A stretch of 64,000 nt of DNA from Chrysemys picta bellii (taxonomy: Eukaryota), in NCBI RefSeq assembly GCF_011386835.1, contig NC_088796.1, positions 22,196,001-22,260,000 on the forward strand. The letters are read 5' to 3'. Below are positions 24,530 through 38,311 of this stretch, in pieces. A program made the position numbers and the translations under genes. Numbering within the stretch: position 1 is the stretch's first letter; each line of letters begins with the position of its first letter. A model generated the notes under the pieces. It saw only the letters and a program-made list of their open reading frames with translations. It did no database searches and was not told where the DNA came from.

Positions 24530-27500
24530 TCCTCATTGGCATGGGTGGCCTGGCCTAAGGATTAGCATTAGGAGCTGGCCAAGGGTCTAGGGACCAGAGG
24601 GAGGGCAGTATGGCCTGGAAGTTAGTTTCTGGTACAGACCAAGGATCCTGAAAACAGAATCCACTCACCAGGAATTAGGCCAGGCTGGAATGCCAGATCA
24701 GAATCAAGAGACAGACTGGAGGCCAGGGATCAAGAATCAGTTATCATGAATATCATGTCAGGGTACTTGGAAGTCAGGTTCAGGTGACAGAACCGGAGGG
24801 CAAGAACCAGTTACAAAGAGTCAGGCCTAGTCAGGATACCGGAAGTCAGGATCAGAAGGCAGGAAGAGGTAAATACCAGGCAAGCAGGACAGAGCCCAGT
24901 TGTATGGACAACTTCCTGTTTCCTCCTCTGGCCTAAATAGAGCCTTCAGCCCAATCAGGAGCCTCAGATCTCTTCCATTCAAAGTATAGGAGTGAGGCTT
25001 GTGTCCCAGATGGGCTTCACCCCAGTCCCAGCTGCTGTCAGAGTTGTCGGATGGAGGATTGAAGCGTGATGACTCCCAGGACCCCCATGAACCAAGGTTC
25101 AGGACTTGCAGGGTCTGACATCACATTGTCCCCAAAGGGCACCCTCTGGTTGCTGTGGGTCTGGGCTTCTCAAGGTGGTTCTCATAGAAGGCTTGTATTA
25201 GAGCAGGAGCATGAACGTTTTCTGCTGACTCTCTCATATGCTTCTGAGGATCATCAGCCTTCCCAATCAACCAGGTACAGAAGTTTACCCCACCACTGTT
25301 TAGAATCCAAGATCTAATGGATGACGTATTTCTCATGGCGTTGTATGCACGCTGGTGGGAGAGCTGGCTAGGTCCTATGTGGAAACAAATTTTCAGTATG
25401 TGGTTTCAGGAGGGATATGTGAAATACTGGGTGGATCTTGAGGGATCAGGATAGGAGTGGTTCATTGGTGACCAGGTTCAATAAGGGCCAAGGAACTGGA
25501 AGACTAACTTATGTGAGGATCTCTTCACGTGGATGTGCTCTGTCAACAGCTATACTGTTTGTCCCACTGAAAGGTGGGGCCTGGTTGACAGTGTTGGTCT
25601 ACATGTCACTTGTAGTCAACTTTCACTTTTTTCAGGTGGCCGATGAATCCTCTGCATCAACCCTGAGGTTGTTGGGTTAGGTTAGGAGAGCTCATAGGAA
25701 GCTGTGGGTGGAATCAGAGGTTGGCAAAGAAGGAGCTTTTCCCTGTGGAAGCATGATCTGTGTTACTATATGCAAACACCGCATAGGGTAACAGTGAGGA
25801 CCAATCATCCTGGTGGTGATTAATATAATATCAGAGGTATTTCTCTAAAACCCGATTGACTCTTTTTATATGGCTGTTGGACTAGGAGTGGAGGCAAACG
25901 AGAGATGCAGCAGGACTCCCAGAAGACATAGGGCCTTCTGCCAGAATTGGAGGTGATACAATCCAGTGAGCCATGGAAACGGATCCCATCTCTTCAGCAA
26001 AGGGCATACCGGTGCAGGGCACAAAGTGGGACATTTTGGTGAAGTGGTCTACCAATGTCAAGACTGTCATAAATCCACTGGACTGTGTGAGCTCCACAAT
26101 AAAATCCAATGCAATAGCTGCCCAGAGTCGGGACTGGGTACCTAGAGGTTGAAGTAGACCAAACGGTGTGTGGAAGGGCATCTTAGCTCGACCACGCACT
26201 TCGCAAGATACTGCGAAGGCCTATATGATGGGTCACATTCAGGGTCACCAGAAAAGATGGGATGTCAGCTGCTGAGTCTTAAAATAATGCAGGTGTCCTA
26301 CCAGGGGGAGCTGTGTCACACCTATAAGGATGCCACTCCCGCCTGACCTAAGGGAAGATAAATGAGGTTCTTCACAAACGTGACCCCTTCTGGAGGTCAT
26401 GCAGTTCGCTGTCGATGGCAGCTAATTTGTCAGGTGGAATTTCTGAGGCAGAGGCATAACGGATCGCATGACTAAGTTCTGGTGAAGGGCAGCATTCAGG
26501 AAGTCGCAGGGCTTGAAGATGCGGGCCAGTTCCTGGCTAGGTTCACAGACTTCAGTATCAAAGATTTGGGACAAGGCATCAGCCTTACCATTTCTAGTTG
26601 CAGGACAATATGTAATGGTGAAGTTAAACTGTGAAAAGAACAGAGCCCATTCGAACTGCTGTTGGTTTAGTCCAATGGTTCTCAAACTTTTGTATTGGTG
26701 ACCCCTTTCCACACAGCAAGCCGAAGAGTGTGGCCCCCCCTTATAAAGTAAAAACACATTTTTTATATTTAACACTATTATAAATGCTGGAGGCGAAGCA
26801 GGATTTGGGGTGGAGGCTGAGAACCCACAACCCCCTAAGTAATAAATTTGCGACCCCCCGAGGGGTCACGACCTCCAGTTTGAGAACCCCTGGTTTAGTG
26901 CCTTTGCCCTGCACATGTTTTTGTGGTCAGGGTGTACTTCAAGTGGATGGTGAATGGCTTCCAAATAATGTTTCCACTCCTCAAAGACCACCTCAATGGC
27001 TAGGAGTGCCTTACCCAGGATCTCATAGCTCTGTTTGGCAGAGATACATTTCTGTGAATAATAGGCCAATGGGTGCAGTATTTGTTTGGTTCCGTGTGGC
27101 TGGGAAAATATGATCCCCAATTGCCATACTAGATGTATCCGCTTCTATAAGAAAGGCTTGCGTGGCATCTGGGTGGGCCAGTATTGTCACAGTGGTAAAG
27201 GTGAGTTTCAGCTGATTGAATGCACTCTGGGTTTCGGGGACCACTGGAACTGGGTATTCTTCGGGAGCAGAGTGGTGAGAGGCCCAATTCGTTTCAAGAA
27301 ACGTGGGATAAACAGCCAATAAAAATTGGTGAACCCTAAGAAGCATTGCAGATCAAGCGTTGTCGGGGTTGGGCGGGGCGGGGCGTCCAGTCACAGATAG
27401 CCTGGACCTTGTATGGGTCCATCTTGATCCTTCAGGGATCAGGATAAAGCCTAGAAATTCTGTGGCAATCTGGACAAACATGCACTTCTCAAGCTTATCA

Positions 27501-27880
27501 TAGAGTCTGCTGCCGTAAAGGCTTCAGGGCCACTCGAATGTGACCAGTGTGCTTTCGGGGTTGTTTGAGAAGACCAGGATATCATCCAGGTAAACCACTA
27601 CATACTGGTCCAGTATGTCCCATAACACATCGTTCGTGAAGTGTCGGAAGGTTGATTAGTCAAAACAAGATCACCACGTATTCAAAATGACCATAGTGCA
27701 TTCGGAAGGCGGTTTTCCATTCATCACTTTCTCTAATTCGCACTGGGTCCAACGTAGTAAATATTCAGGCAACCCCCACCCCAGGATCCAGTAACTCAGG
27801 AATCAGGGGCAGCAGTTGCCGGTTTCTTACTGTTATTTTATTCAGTGCATGGTAATTGACCCAAATTTGTCAGAAAGTGT
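24530..27880 (-). mobile_element. Degenerate Ty3/Gypsy chromovirus (RT-RNaseH-integrase-chromodomain, PPT, 3' LTR)
   Basis: RNase H: LAYYSQK...LLAIEVVFEEWKHYLE...DHKN. Integrase: LDFIVELTQSSGFMTVLTLVDHFTKMSHFVPC. Chromo-like: ESAENVHAPALIQAFYENH. LTR starts TGTCAGACCC at 25120 after a purine-rich tract. Left boundary approximate. Confidence 0.88.
26673..26892. mobile_element. hAT (Charlie-like) MITE nested in Gypsy pol
   Basis: CAATGGTTCTCAAAC ... GTTTGAGAACCCCTG with 8-bp TSD GTTTAGTC/GTTTAGTG. Confidence 0.88.
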
Positions 27881-28759
27881 CAGAAAGTTTTGTTTTGTTT
27901 TTTTAATTTTCCCACAGGGGAACCATTATTTTCCAATAGGAAAATTTCAGATTCCAACAGGAAAAAAAATCCCATTTTCTGATTAAATATGAAAATTGAC
28001 AAGAGTGGAGCTAACGTGGGGTTTCATATACTTTTTTCAAGTTTATATTCCACAAAATCAATTGGGTAGAAGCTGTGCTGCGGTAGGAATGTGTTTGCCT
28101 TCTTCTGAAGGAAGTTAGCTGACCTATTTAGGTCACAACACATTAGACACCAAAACAACAATGTTTATACATTTAACTAAATTTATACACAGTTTTCCGG
28201 TTGACCGAAATGTTGCTTACTGGGTATGTATACAGGGAGAGAGCTATCACATGCAGTAAACATCTGTTTGCACCATGCTATTTACAGTCAGAGACTGTAG
28301 ACTCTGCAGTGTGGAGCCAGTGTGGGGACAAAAAGTCTCATCATGCTCCCGTTCCCAGTGGGAACGGACTTCAGTGGAAAAGGTTCCAATTAACAGAGGA
28401 CTCAGTCCTGTGTGGTCCTGATTGCCTTCTACTCCCACTGAAGGCAACAGGAGTTGACAGCACTCAACCGTTTACAGGATCAGGCCCTTACAATTTTAAA
28501 AGATACTCCAAGTAATTTATAAACTTTGGGTCCTTCCCTGAAATTCTTACTAATGCAAGTGACTCTAGCAATCCTTTGTCATTGAGCTCCAAGTCTCTGA
28601 CTTACTCTCCTCTTCACACCCCTCCGCCTGACCTACTAACCCCTACCAATGTCCTGTGACTCCACTTTCACCCCATTCTTCCTCCACATGAGCCTTTCCC
28701 TAAGCTCTGGTTTCTTTCATCCTTTGGGGGGGGGGGGGAGGGAAACATCTTTGACTTTA

Positions 28760-29300
28760 CCTGTCTCTCTGTGTCTCCCTCTTCCCCGCCAATCCTTTGG
28801 GCAAGCTGCTGAATTAGCTTCCTTACTTGAGACTCACCACAGGACACACTTAAGTCCAGCTTCCAGACTACCCACTCCACAGACACCACTCTCACCAGAG
28901 CCTGCATTGACCTCTTTCTGGCTAAGCCGTCTTCTCCTTTTGGAGTTTTCTGCTGCTTTTGATACTGTCGATTGCTTCCTCTTCCTTGATATCTGCCTTC
29001 TCTTGGCTTATGCACCTCTGTTCTCACCTTTCCACATGCTCTTTCCCCTCTCCATGCTCCTTTTCTTTGGGAGTTTCCCAGGGCTCTATTCTTACCCCTT
29101 TCCTCTTCTCCCTTTATACCTTATCCTTGGATGACCTCATCCATTCATATGTGATTAATTGCCTCCTCTAAGCTAACAACTCTTCTATATATTTCTCCAT
29201 TCTAGATCTACCTCCTGTACTTGCATCTCATTCTCTCTGACATCACATTTTGGATTGTTCACAGCCATCACAAGTGAAACATGGCCCAAGATTAGCTTAC
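28760..29300 (+). mobile_element. L2/CR1-clade LINE RT fragment (old)
   Basis: LEFSAAFDTVD and LGVSQGSILTPFLFSLYTLSLDDLIHSY are degenerate forms of the RT motifs LDLSAAFDTVDH and GVPQGSILGPLLF. Confidence 0.8.
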
Positions 29301-32300
29301 CATTGCCTATGTCCTCTATTTTTATGAGTAAGGGTTACTTAAATAGTACAGTGATGGACGCAGTTCTCCAACTGATAGAGAGAGATAGAAGGCCTTTCTT
29401 ACATCAGTATGACATGTATTTATTTTTTAAGAAATATATTATAAAGATAAAGTAATTTCCTCTTCAGCTATTTTCTGTTTATAGCATAAGTCATTTTAAC
29501 TTATTCCCTCTCAAGGGCAATGATCTTTAAAATAAATGTGTTGTCAACATTTCAGAAAGCAACTTTCCGAAAACAACACTGCTTTCCTTTCTGCAGCTAT
29601 GCAAATAAACTTTACAATGCAAGCTGGGTCATTAATGACTAAATCATTTTGCTGACTAACCGAGATGTCTTATTTACAATATAGCTAATGTGACCATAAA
29701 GATGTTAACATTCAGTTGAGACGTTAAGGCTCCATGCTACACCTTTGAAAATTATTTAAAATGTATCTGTTAAGGTCCTGTGCTTCTTTTTTAATAAAAC
29801 AATTGTGAAACAAAGATACTGAACAGATGCAACAACTTGTAGTTTACTGAATATTCTGAAATGTCGGCATTCATCAGCAATTCTTGGTTAAAGAGTAGAC
29901 CTAAACATATTCTAGCATCAACTGTGCAAGCTGAGTTATTGGCCACTACCTAGAAGAATTAGATCTTCAACCTTCACCTTCAGCGAGAGGTTAATGAGAC
30001 TGCAGAGCCAATGTGAACACTGCTGTTTTACACTGGAGGCTACACACCACTAATTTCCCTATAGAAAAGACTTTTGTCCTTTATACACTTGCAATCCCAA
30101 GATGAATATTCTCCTCCACCCATTTAAGCTTCCCCTTTGGTGTAACTTGTATTTAACTTATAATAAGCCTATTCATTCTCCAACAACAATCCTTTTACAA
30201 AAAATCAAATTATTCCTTTGGACTTTGCCTTTCTTGCCTATTTAAAATATTGCATACGACAGTGTTCCCAGCCTACTTGAAAGGAAGGGGAAAAGTCTTT
30301 TTGATGTGGATTTACTAATGAATTGCTGCTAATACCGATACAACGAGCATGGTCTTTATCTGTGCCACCTAATTTAAATTCCAGTACAGACTTATTAATG
30401 GAAGTGTATGCATTTAGCTTTCATATGTAACAGAAAATATGTTTCCTGATTGTAACTAAACTCTTTACTGTATAATGTTTCAGTTGCTTATATGATCAGC
30501 AATGAAATTTACTGGATAAGATGGATAAGCCTGTATTAGTGAGAAGGATTCCTAATGCAGAACTAAGATCTGAGACTACTGTCTGCGACTAAAATTGGAA
30601 TTTTTTACGCCAATAAGAAACAATCTTCTCAACAACTCTCCTGAATCAGCATTGTGCAGGTCCTGTTCTCTATCTGGTTTGATTATAACTGGAATAACTT
30701 AGAAGAGAAAGCAAAGAACAGTAATGGAACCACATTTGCAACTATTGCGTTTATAACAGACACCAATAAATAGTTTGAAAACTAATCAGTTAAAACTCAG
30801 GTAAAGAAAATGGGCAGTAAAGGAAGAAAAATAATAATCAGAAATTTGAAAACAGGTGGGCTAACAATCATCACTGTAAATATCCATTCATTTGAGCTGT
30901 GGGCCCAATCCTGCACTCCTTAGTGGGAATAAGTTTTACAGACATTAATAGTTCAATTGACTGCACTGGAATAATTCATGTAAATAAGTAGAATAAGTAA
31001 TGTAAGTAAAGGTTCTAGAATTAGACCCTTTACTTGTATCTTCATATGTACATTAATATCAAATGAGTGCAGTGCAATCACTGTGATTATAACAAACTCC
31101 AAGTGAAATGATACTGATATTGAAGTGTTATCAGTGAAACAGACAGGGAGAAAATCTATGAGAACTCTGGGGAAGAGGTAGAGGAGACAAAAATAAAGGA
31201 TTAAATGACAGTGCTACTACTTTACACATGTGAGGCTTGAACCTATGCTCCTATTCACTTTAACAATGCAGGATCAGGGCCATATGAACCATGCAGATGA
31301 GTACATGTTTGCAAGATCAGGACACATGGGGCAGATCCTCAGCTGGCGTAAATTGTGACAACTCCATTGACTTCTCTATACAGCTATTGACTGTCTCTCC
31401 TCCACTCCCACCCATAGTCCTGATATGATTTTAATGGAGCCAGGATGATTCACACCAGCTGAGATTCTACCCCATAGTTTGTGGGGAAGCGTTACAAAAA
31501 ATTAAATGGAAAACAAAAAAATAGGAGACACGTTGTTATAAGAAAATTGCACTTTTTAGTTCCGTTTAAATATTTCTTTTTAAATTAGCTCCTCCTGATT
31601 TCGTGGAATCAAAATGAGGACTAACATATTTTCCTTCAGAGCTAGCTAGTGGGTGGTCATCAAAGGATTGCAGAGCCAGTTTGCCTAGGGAAGGCAAGTG
31701 ACACTTAACCTTTTGTTCTCTAACATCATGGACCAGCAAATACAGAAGAGCAAAGTAAGCCAGATTAAGCAAAGGGTGAGTGGGACAATGTACGCGCCTG
31801 TCTGTGATACACTCTCACTAGTCCCATGTACCTAGAATATACAGTAGGGAAGAGACATTTTTCAAACTGGTAAAGGAGAGAGAGAGAAAGCAAGGAAGAA
31901 ATGACAAGAGAAGATGCAGCACTTACTAGATTTTTTTTATTCCAAGTATAGTTGGGAGTACAGGGTTCTTTCTTAGAAAATATTATTTTTTATAAAACAG
32001 AGGCAATCTGGAAATATTTTAATTGGTTAGGAAATGATTTCCCCCACCACACACACACAAAAATTAGATGAAAACGATGACAAGATGAAATTTCTCTTTC
32101 CCATTTCCTGTCTCTACTCATCTACCCTTTTCTGCCTGTTTTAGTTCCCGTCTTCTGTTTCTCTTCCTGGTTGTTCCTTTTCTTTGCCCTTTCCTACGTC
32201 CTTTATCTGTCTTGTGTATTTAGATTATAAGATCTTCAGGGCAGGGATTGTCTATCCAGCACAATGGGGCCCTGATCTCAGTTACACCCCCTATATGCTA

Positions 32301-33939
32301 CAGTAATGCAAATAATAATTAATAACAGCTAGATCACACTGCCTTCCTATTTTATTTAAAACAAGGGATGTGATCAGATTTTTTTAAAGACAAAATAGTC
32401 TGACCCTCGGGAGCATATATGATACCTATTATGATCTTAAAAGTCACATTCCCTCTGGTGGCCTATATTTACTACATATTTTGTATCAACCACAGTGGGC
32501 CCTTAGGCTACTATTTTGTTGGTCTGGAATCTTTGTGCTAGACGACATGCCCCAAAAGTCAGTTCATATTTAACCCTATAGTCTGTAGATCAAAACCATG
32601 ACGCGGTGCACCTGGGTTTCATTACTGATCAAACCACCAAGGAGGGCACTTATCAGATAGTTCGTGGCTTGCCAATTTTAAAATTCTGAGAACTCCTTTG
32701 ATGTGACCATCAAGAACCTCCTGTCTACACAAATAGCTATTTGCCAGACCTCATCCTTTGTAGTAACTCCTGCCTCAATACATTATTGACAATAATTACA
32801 TCAACTCACAGGAAGATCATAATTATATTGGCCCATTTCACAGTGAACTGACTATATTGAGGGGGAAGTATAAATAGGAGCTTATATACAAGTAAATCCA
32901 AATAGGCACTGATTTTTGCTGTTACTCTGGAGCTATTAAAAACATGTATTTATGGGACTTTGAGGCGTCTCTCTTCAGTTATCTTAACAAAACATCATTG
33001 CTAAGGGTAATAATGGTTTCGGGTTGGGAATTTCAATGGGAATTAAGCACCTCATTTCCAGAAAAAAGAACAGAAGTACTTGTGGCACCTTAGAGACTAA
33101 CAAATGGCTCTTTTGAAAAACCCGCCCTTAGCCTCCATACTGCAAACCATTATGATGCATTCACATTTGCGGTAGACGGGAGGTTATTAATAAAGGATAA
33201 ACAATCATTAGCAAATTGAAAGGTTGGCGGCAGGGGGCTGCATTCGGAAAGCTGGTGGAGTACATGGTGCTGAGTTGGGAGGTGATTTGTAGAGCTGCAC
33301 AGAACTGGTTACACTCTTGTTCCTAAGGGGAGTGCTAATTTCACTGGCATGTCACTGGCACACTGTGGAGCAGCAGATACATCCATTGCTCCAAGAGAAA
33401 AAAGCCCTTTGCGAGGCTCCTCCTGTCACACTCCTTAGGAAAGTGAGAGCACTTGCATTGTGTATTGCGTGATTTAGACGTCTGTGTGAGATTCCAACTG
33501 AGCTTAGCCCAGAGGGCTGTCATCCAACCTGGACTAGACTTCACAGAGAGCGTAGTAATCCTTTGCTCTTCGGCAGCAGAGTACACATTTTGACACCATT
33601 TGTGGTCTTAATGGGTTTGCCAGGCAGGCAACCTCAGATCCATAAGATGATCTTTTACCAACAGTTCCTGAAGAAACTCGCCCCCTTTTCTGTGTAACAA
33701 ATTTGGAAAATATGTATAAATGTTACCACGTGTGAAAGTGCTTTTCTCTATGTCTTAAGTTTTTGTATATTGCCAACAACCACAATAGCTAAGTGTTTCA
33801 GAGAAGATTTGGGAAGGTTCTGGTTTTTGTGCAGAAAATAACTTTTGGAGTATTATCCAAGCTATCATCTGTATCCATCTTTGATTACCTTTGAGATGGA
33901 TCAAAAGTAATCAAAGGATTGTCCAGTTTTGAGGAAGGA

Positions 33940-34440
33940 TTGTCCAGTATTTAGGGCACTAGCCTAAGGGCACGTCTTCACTACCCGCCGGATCGGCAGG
34001 TAGCAATCGATCTATTGGGGATTGACTTATCGCGTCTAGTGAAGACGCAATAAAATCGATCCCCGTTGGCTCTGCCGTCGACTCCGGAAATCCACCACGG
34101 CAAGAGGCAGAAGTGGAGTCGACGGCGGCGCGGCAGCGGTCGACTCGCCGCCGTCCTCATAGCCAGGTAAGTCGACCTAAAGTACGCAACTTCAGCTACG
34201 CTATTCACGTAGCTGAAGTTGCGTATCTTAGGTTGACACCCCTCTCCCCGTAGTGTAGATCTAGCCTAAGACTCAGAAGACCAAGGTCCAAGTCCCTGCT
34301 CAATCATATACTTCCTATGTGACCTTGGGCAAGTCACTTAGCCTCTCTATGCCTCAATCTCCCATCTATAAAAGATATGGATAACAGTACTTCCTATCCT
34401 CTCAGGAGTGTTGTGAGGATACGTACATAAAAGACTGTGT
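33940..34440 (+). mobile_element. CORE-type SINE interrupted by a Harbinger MITE
   Basis: TTAGGGCACTAGCC|TAA|GACTCAGAAGACC..., core GTGACCTTGGGCAAGTCACTTA, tail CCCATCTATAAAA...GTTGTGAGGAT. Confidence 0.75.
33968..34266. mobile_element. Young CpG-rich Harbinger MITE (299 bp)
   Basis: TAA|GGGCACGTCTTCACTA ... TAGTGTAGATCTAGCC|TAA. Close reverse-complement of 54014-54310. Confidence 0.92.
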
Positions 34441-34784
34441 TTCTCGGATGCTACGATAAAGGGTGGGGGGGATATATTAGCGAAGGCACACAGATATAGC
34501 CTAACCCTCGGTATTGCATCTTGTAAGCAGCAAGTATATCATCCAAAACTATATAAACCTCAGACTTGCAAGAGATCATACATAAATGTCACATACTATA
34601 GTATTCTGAGACTGCAAACACTGATTTTCATAAACATTCCCAGTTAAACTACATGGTGACAGCATACCGATTGTATTGTGCCTTATAAAAATGAGCCTGT
34701 GACCTTGGTATGGGACACATTTTTAATTAAAAAAAGAAATAAAATACTGGAAGACTGTATTGCTAGTTGTCAATGGTAATTTTA

Positions 34785-35052
34785 GGCCTGGTCTACACAC
34801 AGTTTTTGTACGAGCATATGTTGGGTAGGGGTGTGATTCTTTTACTGACACATTTATACCAGTACAACCACTAATGTGGGCACAGTTATGCCCGTGTAAA
34901 GATGTCTTATTCTAGCATAGCTCATTCCCTTTCCTGAACAAGTAGAAGCACCTTTATACTGGTATAACTGCATCCACAATAAGGGAGGGTTGTACCACTT
35001 TAACTATACCAGTCCAGTTAAAGCAGTACAACTTAAGTGTTTAAACAAGGCC
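34785..35052. mobile_element. Older Harbinger-type MITE
   Basis: TTA|GGCCTGGTCTACAC ... AGTGTTTAAACAAGGCC degenerate TIRs. Confidence 0.55.
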
Positions 35053-37609
35053 TCTGTCACTAGCTCAAATGTGTTTCCAATCAGTAATGGTGGAAAGTCA
35101 TCATGACCAATTCAGGTACCTACATAAGATGTGTGCATGGTGTTGGTTTTGTTCCTATTGACAGAGGTCCACTTCATAATTCACTACAACAGTTGACACC
35201 AATCAGTTCCCTTGGTAGTCTCAGCAAAGATGTCAAGCCAAGGACTGAATGGGCACAAAACATTTGTTACTGGGGTGCTACTTCAAAATAGTTGTGAGGA
35301 TAAATGATTAGGTGGCATGGGGAAGTTTATTCCACTGCCGGGGTTTACCTGTTTTGTGAAAAAATAACATGCTACATTTTCCTATAAATTATCCATATTC
35401 ACAAGCACTAAGTTCTGAGTAAGAACAATTAAAAAGCAAAGATAGACGAAAGAGATGTAGCTATTAGAAGCACTTCAGCATTCAGCATGACCACGATTAT
35501 AGTTATTAGTGCTTGAGAAAGCGCATTGTGCTACTGATTTTAATCTGAATTACTAAAAGTCAGATGCTGAAAATAGCAAGTCTATGGGCCAAATGCTAAA
35601 GATGCTGAGTATCTGCAACTCCCATCCACGTCAGTGGGTCTCAGCACATCTCGGGATATGGTCCCATGTTTTTGTTATTGTGCCTAGAGGCCTAAGGTTA
35701 TATAGTAGGCTATTATGCATGACAGATGCATTGACGTATCTAGTTCTGAAATTCACATTTTCAAAATGATGACTCAATAATATTCAGCATTCATTTATAG
35801 TCACACTCACAATGTGCTAGGCACAGAGGTACCAGCACTGTCCCAAAGAGCTAGCAGCCCATTGCACTTTAAAGTATGTGAAATAAAATCTATTAGTTTA
35901 TGGAAACAAACAATCTTGGCAAAAGCATTGTTACAGATGTTGTAGCTGTTTACTTTTCTAAAACAAAAAAACCCACAAGTAAAATATAACCAAGAACATC
36001 TCATCCTCGTGAATTCTCAGCAAACTTCCAACATGCAGTACATTATCCTCCAAGATAACTGGGGCTTATGTATTCTTTTGCCCTAACTGGATAAATGTCA
36101 TTTACAATTTAATATTGTAACGAGAATCAGGGTTATGTTGATTCTGCTGAAAGTGATGACAGCAGAGTTTTGGATTAGAAAGGCAATGGAAATGGTGTCT
36201 GGAAAGCAAAAAAGAGTCTTGAGATAAAATATCACCTTTGCTTTCTCTGGCTGAAAACTTCAAAAAAATCAATGTAGTCAAATTAACTGGGAAGTAATGC
36301 AACATGCTCTTCAGGGACTCTGGGAACTAAGAACTGAACATGGTCTCAGGGGGCATATCAGTGAAAGTACTGCCCTTTGTGGAGCAGTTCAGTTCTAACT
36401 TACTTGCAATAACTTTTATCCTTTAAGAATGTGTAAAATGATACAGTCTATAAAATTGGACTTTGCTAGCAACAACAGCATTCAATAGAATAAAAAGATG
36501 ACTTTTTTTTGAATGTGATCTTCAGTTAGCATCACAATTAGCTAGCTTATAGGCATACATGTATTCCTGCCTTGTGTTTGAATTATCTTTTTGTTATAAA
36601 GTTTAGAGTATCCTTTTCATGGCAGAATTCAACACCTGCAATACTATACTGACTACAGATATTTTTAGCTGCCAGACAATTATGAGATAAGAAAAGGGAC
36701 AATATTCCATAGTTGTACAATCATTATATCTGGTTTCAAAAGTCTGCATGGATTTATTCTAGGGAAAGACTGGCTAATCTGATGGATATTGTTAGTACTT
36801 AGGAACCTGATAACTTTTGAAATCATCACTCTCTTCATATATATTACCCATATTTTAAACAAGACTATAATTATTATTTAGCACCTACTTTTAGCCCAGC
36901 ATCATGCTTCACTCAATTGTACCACCAATCTCTCAGGAGACAATTTATCCATGATAATGATTAACACATCTAGAGCACTTTCCTCCCAAGGACTGCAAAG
37001 CATTTTACAAACTTTAATTAGTTAGGCCTCATCATTACACCCCATGAGGCAGGTACATTGTGCACATTTTACAGATGGGTAAACCAGGACTAACAGTAGT
37101 TTCAGGCATGATTCTGGTCCCATCTGAGTCAATGGCAAACTTCTCATTGACTGCAAGAGTGGGAGGACTGGTCAAACACAGAATCCAGGAATTCAAACGG
37201 CCAGTCCTTATTCCAACCAGTCGATAGATGTACTCTCTCTTTATTGCATGGATGCATGTGCACCAATATCAGCACACATTAGTAAGGAAGAACACAGCAT
37301 GTTCTAACATGGATGTTTTGTAAATTCAGTCATGAAAGTTTAGTGAGCAGTTTGAGCTAAAATTTGCTATAGCGATATAAAAGGCCCAGTCCTCCGAGAT
37401 ACCTAATACCCTCCTCTCCCATTAAAGTACAGAAACTGGAGGGCACTCAGCACCCTTTAGCAGATGCTCAAGCACACAAGGTTGGATGTGAAATAAGTAT
37501 CTACTGCATCTGGTGGTTTCCATGACTTTGGGACATAAAAATTCTCTCATTTTCCCCATCTGTTGCTGAAGTGTATTAGCAGTTTCTCCTCCCTTGGTGT
37601 TCACACCTC

Positions 37610-37795
37610 AACTGCTAGCAGAGCACCTCACCCTCCCTGATTGAACTAACCTCGTTATCTCCACACTGATTTATACCTGCCTCTGGAGATTTCCATTACT
37701 TGCATCTGAAGAAGTGAGGTTCTTACCCATGAAAGCTTATGCTCCCAATACTTCTGTTAGTCTCAAAGGTGCCACAGGACCCTCTGTTGCTTTGT
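37610..37795. mobile_element. Penelope-like element terminal fragment
   Basis: CATCTGAAGAAGTG...GAAAGCTTATGCTC...GTTAGTCTCAAAGGTGCCACAGGAC, typical of sauropsid Penelope-like repeats (recalled). A short remnant also sits at ~33062-33105. Confidence 0.65.
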
Positions 37796-37896
37796 ACTGG
37801 ACTGTTCTTTTATTCCTATAGTTTAAATTACTACATAACTGTAATGTTTGGTAAACATTTTTTTTATTAGCAAATATCTCTACTAAACCTCTAGAT

Positions 37897-38243
37897 CAGG
37901 GTTTCTCAAACGGGGGTCCGCGAGGGTACTCCAGGGGGTCCACGGGCCCCGCTGATCAACTCCTCCCCCTCCCTCCCACTGCCTCCTGCACGCTGGGAAA
38001 CAGCTGTTCAGCGGCGTGCAGGAGGCACTGGGAGGGAGGAGGAGGAGCAGGGACGGAGCACACTTGGGGGAGGGGATGGAAAGAGGCGGGGAAGAGGAGG
38101 GACAGAGGTGGAGCGGAGGTGGGGCCTTGGGGGAAGGGATGGAGTAGAGGCGGGACCTGAGGCTGAGCAGGGAGCTTGGGGGTCCGCGAAAAATCTTAAA
38201 TCAAAATGGGGGTCCTCGGGTTGCTAAAGTTTGAGAATCACTG
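37897..38243. mobile_element. hAT (Charlie-like) MITE
   Basis: CAGGGTTTCTCAAAC ... GTTTGAGAATCACTG with perfect 8-bp TSD CTCTAGAT. Confidence 0.92.
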
Positions 38244-38311
38244 CTCTAGATTATCATTCTGGAATAGATCTATTATAAACCAATCTCCATTGTATCATAG
38301 AATTTAAACAT

